A DNA stretch of 64,000 bases, from the NCBI GenBank assembly GCA_934270565.1, contig CAKQPR010000005.1, positions 20,249 to 84,248 on the forward strand, given 5' to 3'. A program made the translations under genes and the position numbers. Source of the DNA: an uncultured Clostridia bacterium (GTDB taxonomy: Bacteria > Bacillota > Clostridia > Christensenellales > Pumilibacteraceae). Positions 61,004 to 64,000 of the stretch are shown piece after piece; position 1 is the stretch's first letter; every line of letters begins with the position of its first letter. Under the pieces are notes generated by a model. The model ran no database searches and was not told where the DNA came from. It saw only the letters and a list, made by a program, of their open reading frames with translations.

Positions 61004-63364
61004 ATGACAGATTTGAAAATTGTCGGTTTGCTTGAATTTGACAAAATTCGAGAAAAAGTCGCGGCTTGCGCTGTTTCCGACACTGCAAAAGAAAATATAT
61101 TGAACGCGGTTCCGTCTTTTAACAGGTACGATATCGAATATGCCGCCGCGCTTACCGTCGAAGCCGATCTTGTCATGAACAAATATCTGCTCAATCCTAT
61201 CGCGGGTTTCGACGACGCGAGCGCTTCGCTCGAAAAAGCGAGAATCGGTTCGACGCTTACTTTCGGCGAACTTCTGAGGATTGCGAGAGTGCTTCGAAGC
61301 GGAAGAATCGCGCGCACGACCATTCAGGACGCACCCGAAGATATCGTACATTTAAAGAAGATAACCGACGCTATTCTGATAGATTTCGGACTTGAAAAAG
61401 ACATTGCTTCCGCGATAGTCAGCGATGTGGAAATCAGCGACAGAGCGAGCGAAAAATTGTTCGGGATAAGACGGAAACTGCTTAACTTAAATGCGAAACT
61501 CAAAGATCGTCTTGCGAGTTACACGCGCCGTAACGCATCGTCAAAGTATCTTCAGGATAATATCGTGACGATACGCGAGGGGCGATACGTTCTGCCGGTA
61601 AAATCCGAATGTCGCGGCGAAGTTCAAGGAATCGTTCACGACAGATCGTCAACGGGGTCGACTGTTTTTATAGAGCCGTTTGCGATTGTCGAGCTTAACA
61701 ACGAATTGCGCGAAACCATCGTCGAAGAACAGGCGGAAATCGAACGCATACTTGCCGATTTTACAAAGCGCGTTGCGGATCATTCGGAAGCGATTTACGT
61801 TTGCCAGAATGCGTGCGCGATGCTTGACGAGGTGTTTGCAAAAGCCAGATATTCGGTGAAAATCAACGGCGTTCCCGCGTCTTTCACTTCGCGGGAAACC
61901 ACGTTTACTGCGGCTCGGCATCCGCTTATAGATAAAAACAAGGTCGTTCCGGTCGATATTTCGGTCGGGAAAGATTACGATATACTGCTTATCACCGGTC
62001 CTAATACGGGCGGTAAGACGGTAAGTCTTAAAATCGTCGGACTTTTCTGCCTTATGGCTTATTTCGGGCTGTATTTGCCGTGTGAAAAGGCGGTAGTCGG
62101 ACTTTACGATGGAATTTACTGCGATATAGGCGACGAGCAAAGCATTGAAAACGAGCTTAGTACGTTTTCTTCGCACGTCAGATCGCTTGTTAAAATTACT
62201 GCCGGAATGAAAGAAAATTCGCTCGTTCTGCTCGACGAAGTTGGCGGCGGAACAGATCCGAACGAGGGCGCGGCGCTTGCGGTCGGGATCGTTAAGTATA
62301 TATGGAAAGTCGGGGCGTGCGCGGTCGTAACCACGCATTATCCCGCGCTCAAAGAATATGCAGTGACTGCCGATCGGGTGGAAAACGCTTCCATGCAGTT
62401 TAACGGTGAAACGCTTGCCCCGACGTATAAGCTGATAATCGGTGTTCCGGGGACGAGTAACGCTATCAAAATTGCGAAAAATCTCGGTCTTAGCGACGAA
62501 ATCATAAATTATGCGGAAGCCGCTCTCGACGATCGCTCCGTAAGATTCGAAAACGTTTTGCGCTCTGCGGAAGAAATCCGTCGTAAAGCCGAGGAATCGC
62601 TCGAAGAAAGCGAAAGGCTGAAGAAAGAAACGTTTTACGAAAAAGCCGAGGTTGAAAATCGTCGACGCAAGATCGAGGCGGCTGAGGAGCGAATTCGCAG
62701 TAACGCCGCAGCCGAAACAAAAAGGCTCGTTTCGTCCGCAACCGAGCGTGCGAACGAAATTATCGACGAAATGAAAACGCTTGTACTCGAAGCCGACGAA
62801 GCGGCTTTACTGAAAGCGAAGAAACTCCGTAACGAGCTCGAAGATCTTAACTATAAGCTCGCCGCCGAAAAAACTATGGTGGACTGCGCGCCGATTTCAG
62901 AAAAAGATATTGCGGTCGGCAAAACGGTATTGGTGAAAACGCTCGGCGGTGAAGGCACGGTGCGTTCCGTCAATTTAAAAAGAAAAGAAGCGGAAGTGCG
63001 GGTCGGTTCGATTACTACAAAGGTAAAATTTTCCGATCTCGGCTTGCCGCTCGCGGCTCGAAGCGTACCGAAACAGCAGAAGAAAATCGAGGGCGGAGAA
63101 CGGGCCTCGTCCGGCTTTACGGAACGCGAAATTATGTTGCTCGGCAAGACGGTGGACGAAGCCGTCGCGCTCCTCGAACCGCTGATCTATTCTATGGCAA
63201 CGGAGAACGACGCGAAGACTTTGCGGATCGTCCACGGAAAGGGGACGGGTGCGCTCGGCAAAGGTGTTCAGGCTTATCTTAAAACGAATCCGAACGTGGC
63301 GGAATACCGCTACGGGCGGTACGGCGAGGGCGATAACGGCGTAACGATCGCAACTATCAAATAA
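61004..63364 (+). CDS. mutS2: Endonuclease MutS2 (MutS domain + Smr)
   Basis: Walker A GPNTGGKT, LLDEVGGGTDP, C-terminal Smr domain LRIVHGKGTGALG. Start trimmed to the ATG at 61004, which is preceded by GGAGG. Confidence 0.95.
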   Translation: MTDLKIVGLLEFDKIREKVAACAVSDTAKENILNAVPSFNRYDIEYAAALTVEADLVMNKYLLNPIAGFDDASASLEKARIGSTLTFGELLRIARVLRSGRIARTTIQDAPEDIVHLKKITDAILIDFGLEKDIASAIVSDVEISDRASEKLFGIRRKLLNLNAKLKDRLASYTRRNASSKYLQDNIVTIREGRYVLPVKSECRGEVQGIVHDRSSTGSTVFIEPFAIVELNNELRETIVEEQAEIERILADFTKRVADHSEAIYVCQNACAMLDEVFAKARYSVKINGVPASFTSRETTFTAARHPLIDKNKVVPVDISVGKDYDILLITGPNTGGKTVSLKIVGLFCLMAYFGLYLPCEKAVVGLYDGIYCDIGDEQSIENELSTFSSHVRSLVKITAGMKENSLVLLDEVGGGTDPNEGAALAVGIVKYIWKVGACAVVTTHYPALKEYAVTADRVENASMQFNGETLAPTYKLIIGVPGTSNAIKIAKNLGLSDEIINYAEAALDDRSVRFENVLRSAEEIRRKAEESLEESERLKKETFYEKAEVENRRRKIEAAEERIRSNAAAETKRLVSSATERANEIIDEMKTLVLEADEAALLKAKKLRNELEDLNYKLAAEKTMVDCAPISEKDIAVGKTVLVKTLGGEGTVRSVNLKRKEAEVRVGSITTKVKFSDLGLPLAARSVPKQQKKIEGGERASSGFTEREIMLLGKTVDEAVALLEPLIYSMATENDAKTLRIVHGKGTGALGKGVQAYLKTNPNVAEYRYGRYGEGDNGVTIATIK

Positions 63365-63380
63365 ATAAGCCTCAATCGCT

Positions 63381-63408
63381 TTGATTTTTCGACGGAGTGT
63401 GCTATAAT
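63381..63408 (+). promoter_or_regulatory. Candidate promoter TTGATT-16-(TGc)TATAAT
   Basis: TTGATT 63381-63386, TATAAT 63403-63408 with an upstream TG. Confidence 0.45.
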
Positions 63409-63437
63409 TTAAACGGTAGTTGTCTGCGAGGTTAAAA

Positions 63438-64000
63438 ATGGATATTTATTACGAGAAAAACGTAACGAACGAAAGTATAGACAAGCATAAAAAACGTAAT
63501 ACGGTGCTTAAAGTTTTTAAAATCGCATCCGTTGTGTGGCTTGTTCTTATAGGCGTGTTTATTTTTCAGTTTTTCAGTTGGGGCGAGCGGGGCGTCGTAA
63601 GTATAATTATCGAGCTTGTGTTTTTGCTCGTGCCGCCGATCTGCTCGATTCTGCTTTTTACGAAGCTACTTGCAAATCTCAACTGTGAATACGATTATTA
63701 CGTTACCGACGAAAAATTCCGTATAATTAAGGTAATTAACAGAGTGAAACGCAAAAAAATGCTCGAAGTTCCGCTTTCGGCGTTTGTGTCAGTCGGATCG
63801 GTGAATTCCGAAAATTTCGAGCGTTATGCCGCAGATAAGTCGGCCAAGCTTGTTGCGGCTTATTGCAACGAGGAAAATTATCCGATTTACGTTTACCTCA
63901 ACGACGAGACCGAGAAAAAACTCCTCGTGCTCGAAACGGACGAAAAATTTCTGATCGCGCTTAGAAGAGCTTTGAATTCTACCGTGATCGAAACCGAGCT
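63438..64000 (+). CDS. Hypothetical membrane protein, 3' end outside the window (absent from the ORF track because it has no stop in the window)
   Basis: ATG at 63438 after GAGG. Frame open to base 64000: MDIYYEKNVTNESIDKHKKRNTVLKVFKIASVVWLVLIGVFIFQFF... Two hydrophobic helices, then a soluble domain. Confidence 0.6.
   Translation, partial: MDIYYEKNVTNESIDKHKKRNTVLKVFKIASVVWLVLIGVFIFQFFSWGERGVVSIIIELVFLLVPPICSILLFTKLLANLNCEYDYYVTDEKFRIIKVINRVKRKKMLEVPLSAFVSVGSVNSENFERYAADKSAKLVAAYCNEENYPIYVYLNDETEKKLLVLETDEKFLIALRRALNSTVIETE

Overview
This window is one contiguous stretch of a Firmicutes/Clostridia-type chromosome from a spore-former (spoVAC-spoVAD-spoVAE and yunB are present). I call about 60 tightly packed CDS, nearly all on the + strand, with many overlapping stop/start junctions. 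Most of it is core housekeeping in Bacillus-like synteny: ftsK-rimO-pgsA-cinA-recA-rny; birA-bioY; fba; gap; comM-dprA-topA-trmFO-hslVU-hisS-aspS; rseC-like-comEC; a heterodimeric ABC exporter; rpmF-plsX-rnc-smc-ftsY-ylxM-ffh-rpsP-KH-rimM-trmD-rbgA-rnhB-yraN-alr; rsmD-coaD; spoVA-yunB; a Phe T-box with pheST; a U32 peptidase; and mutS2. I found no rRNA, tRNA, CRISPR array, transposase, integrase, or recognisable defence or toxin-antitoxin gene. The only accessory-looking segment lies at about 6.8-13.7 kb. It holds an AraC regulator, an enolase-superfamily dehydratase-like gene, an SDR, a long RraA-like protein, a cytoplasmic BNR/Asp-box protein, and a TSCPD + DUF4364 pair. I do not see a clear novel multi-gene system. 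The strongest unexplained signal is a family of short perfect palindromes with core TTGCATAGTACTATGCAA. Two identical copies sit in frame inside the U32 peptidase gene, each extended by different complementary flanks, and two degenerate copies sit at the bioY 3' end and terminator. Other observations are a ComEC whose metallo-beta-lactamase motifs are all degenerate, sigma-A-like promoters whose predicted +1 falls inside the 5' arm of the upstream gene's terminator, and an rpmF terminator that abuts the plsX RBS. Many long ORFs in the supplied track are codon-aligned antisense shadows or spurious N-terminal extensions. I trimmed or rejected these.
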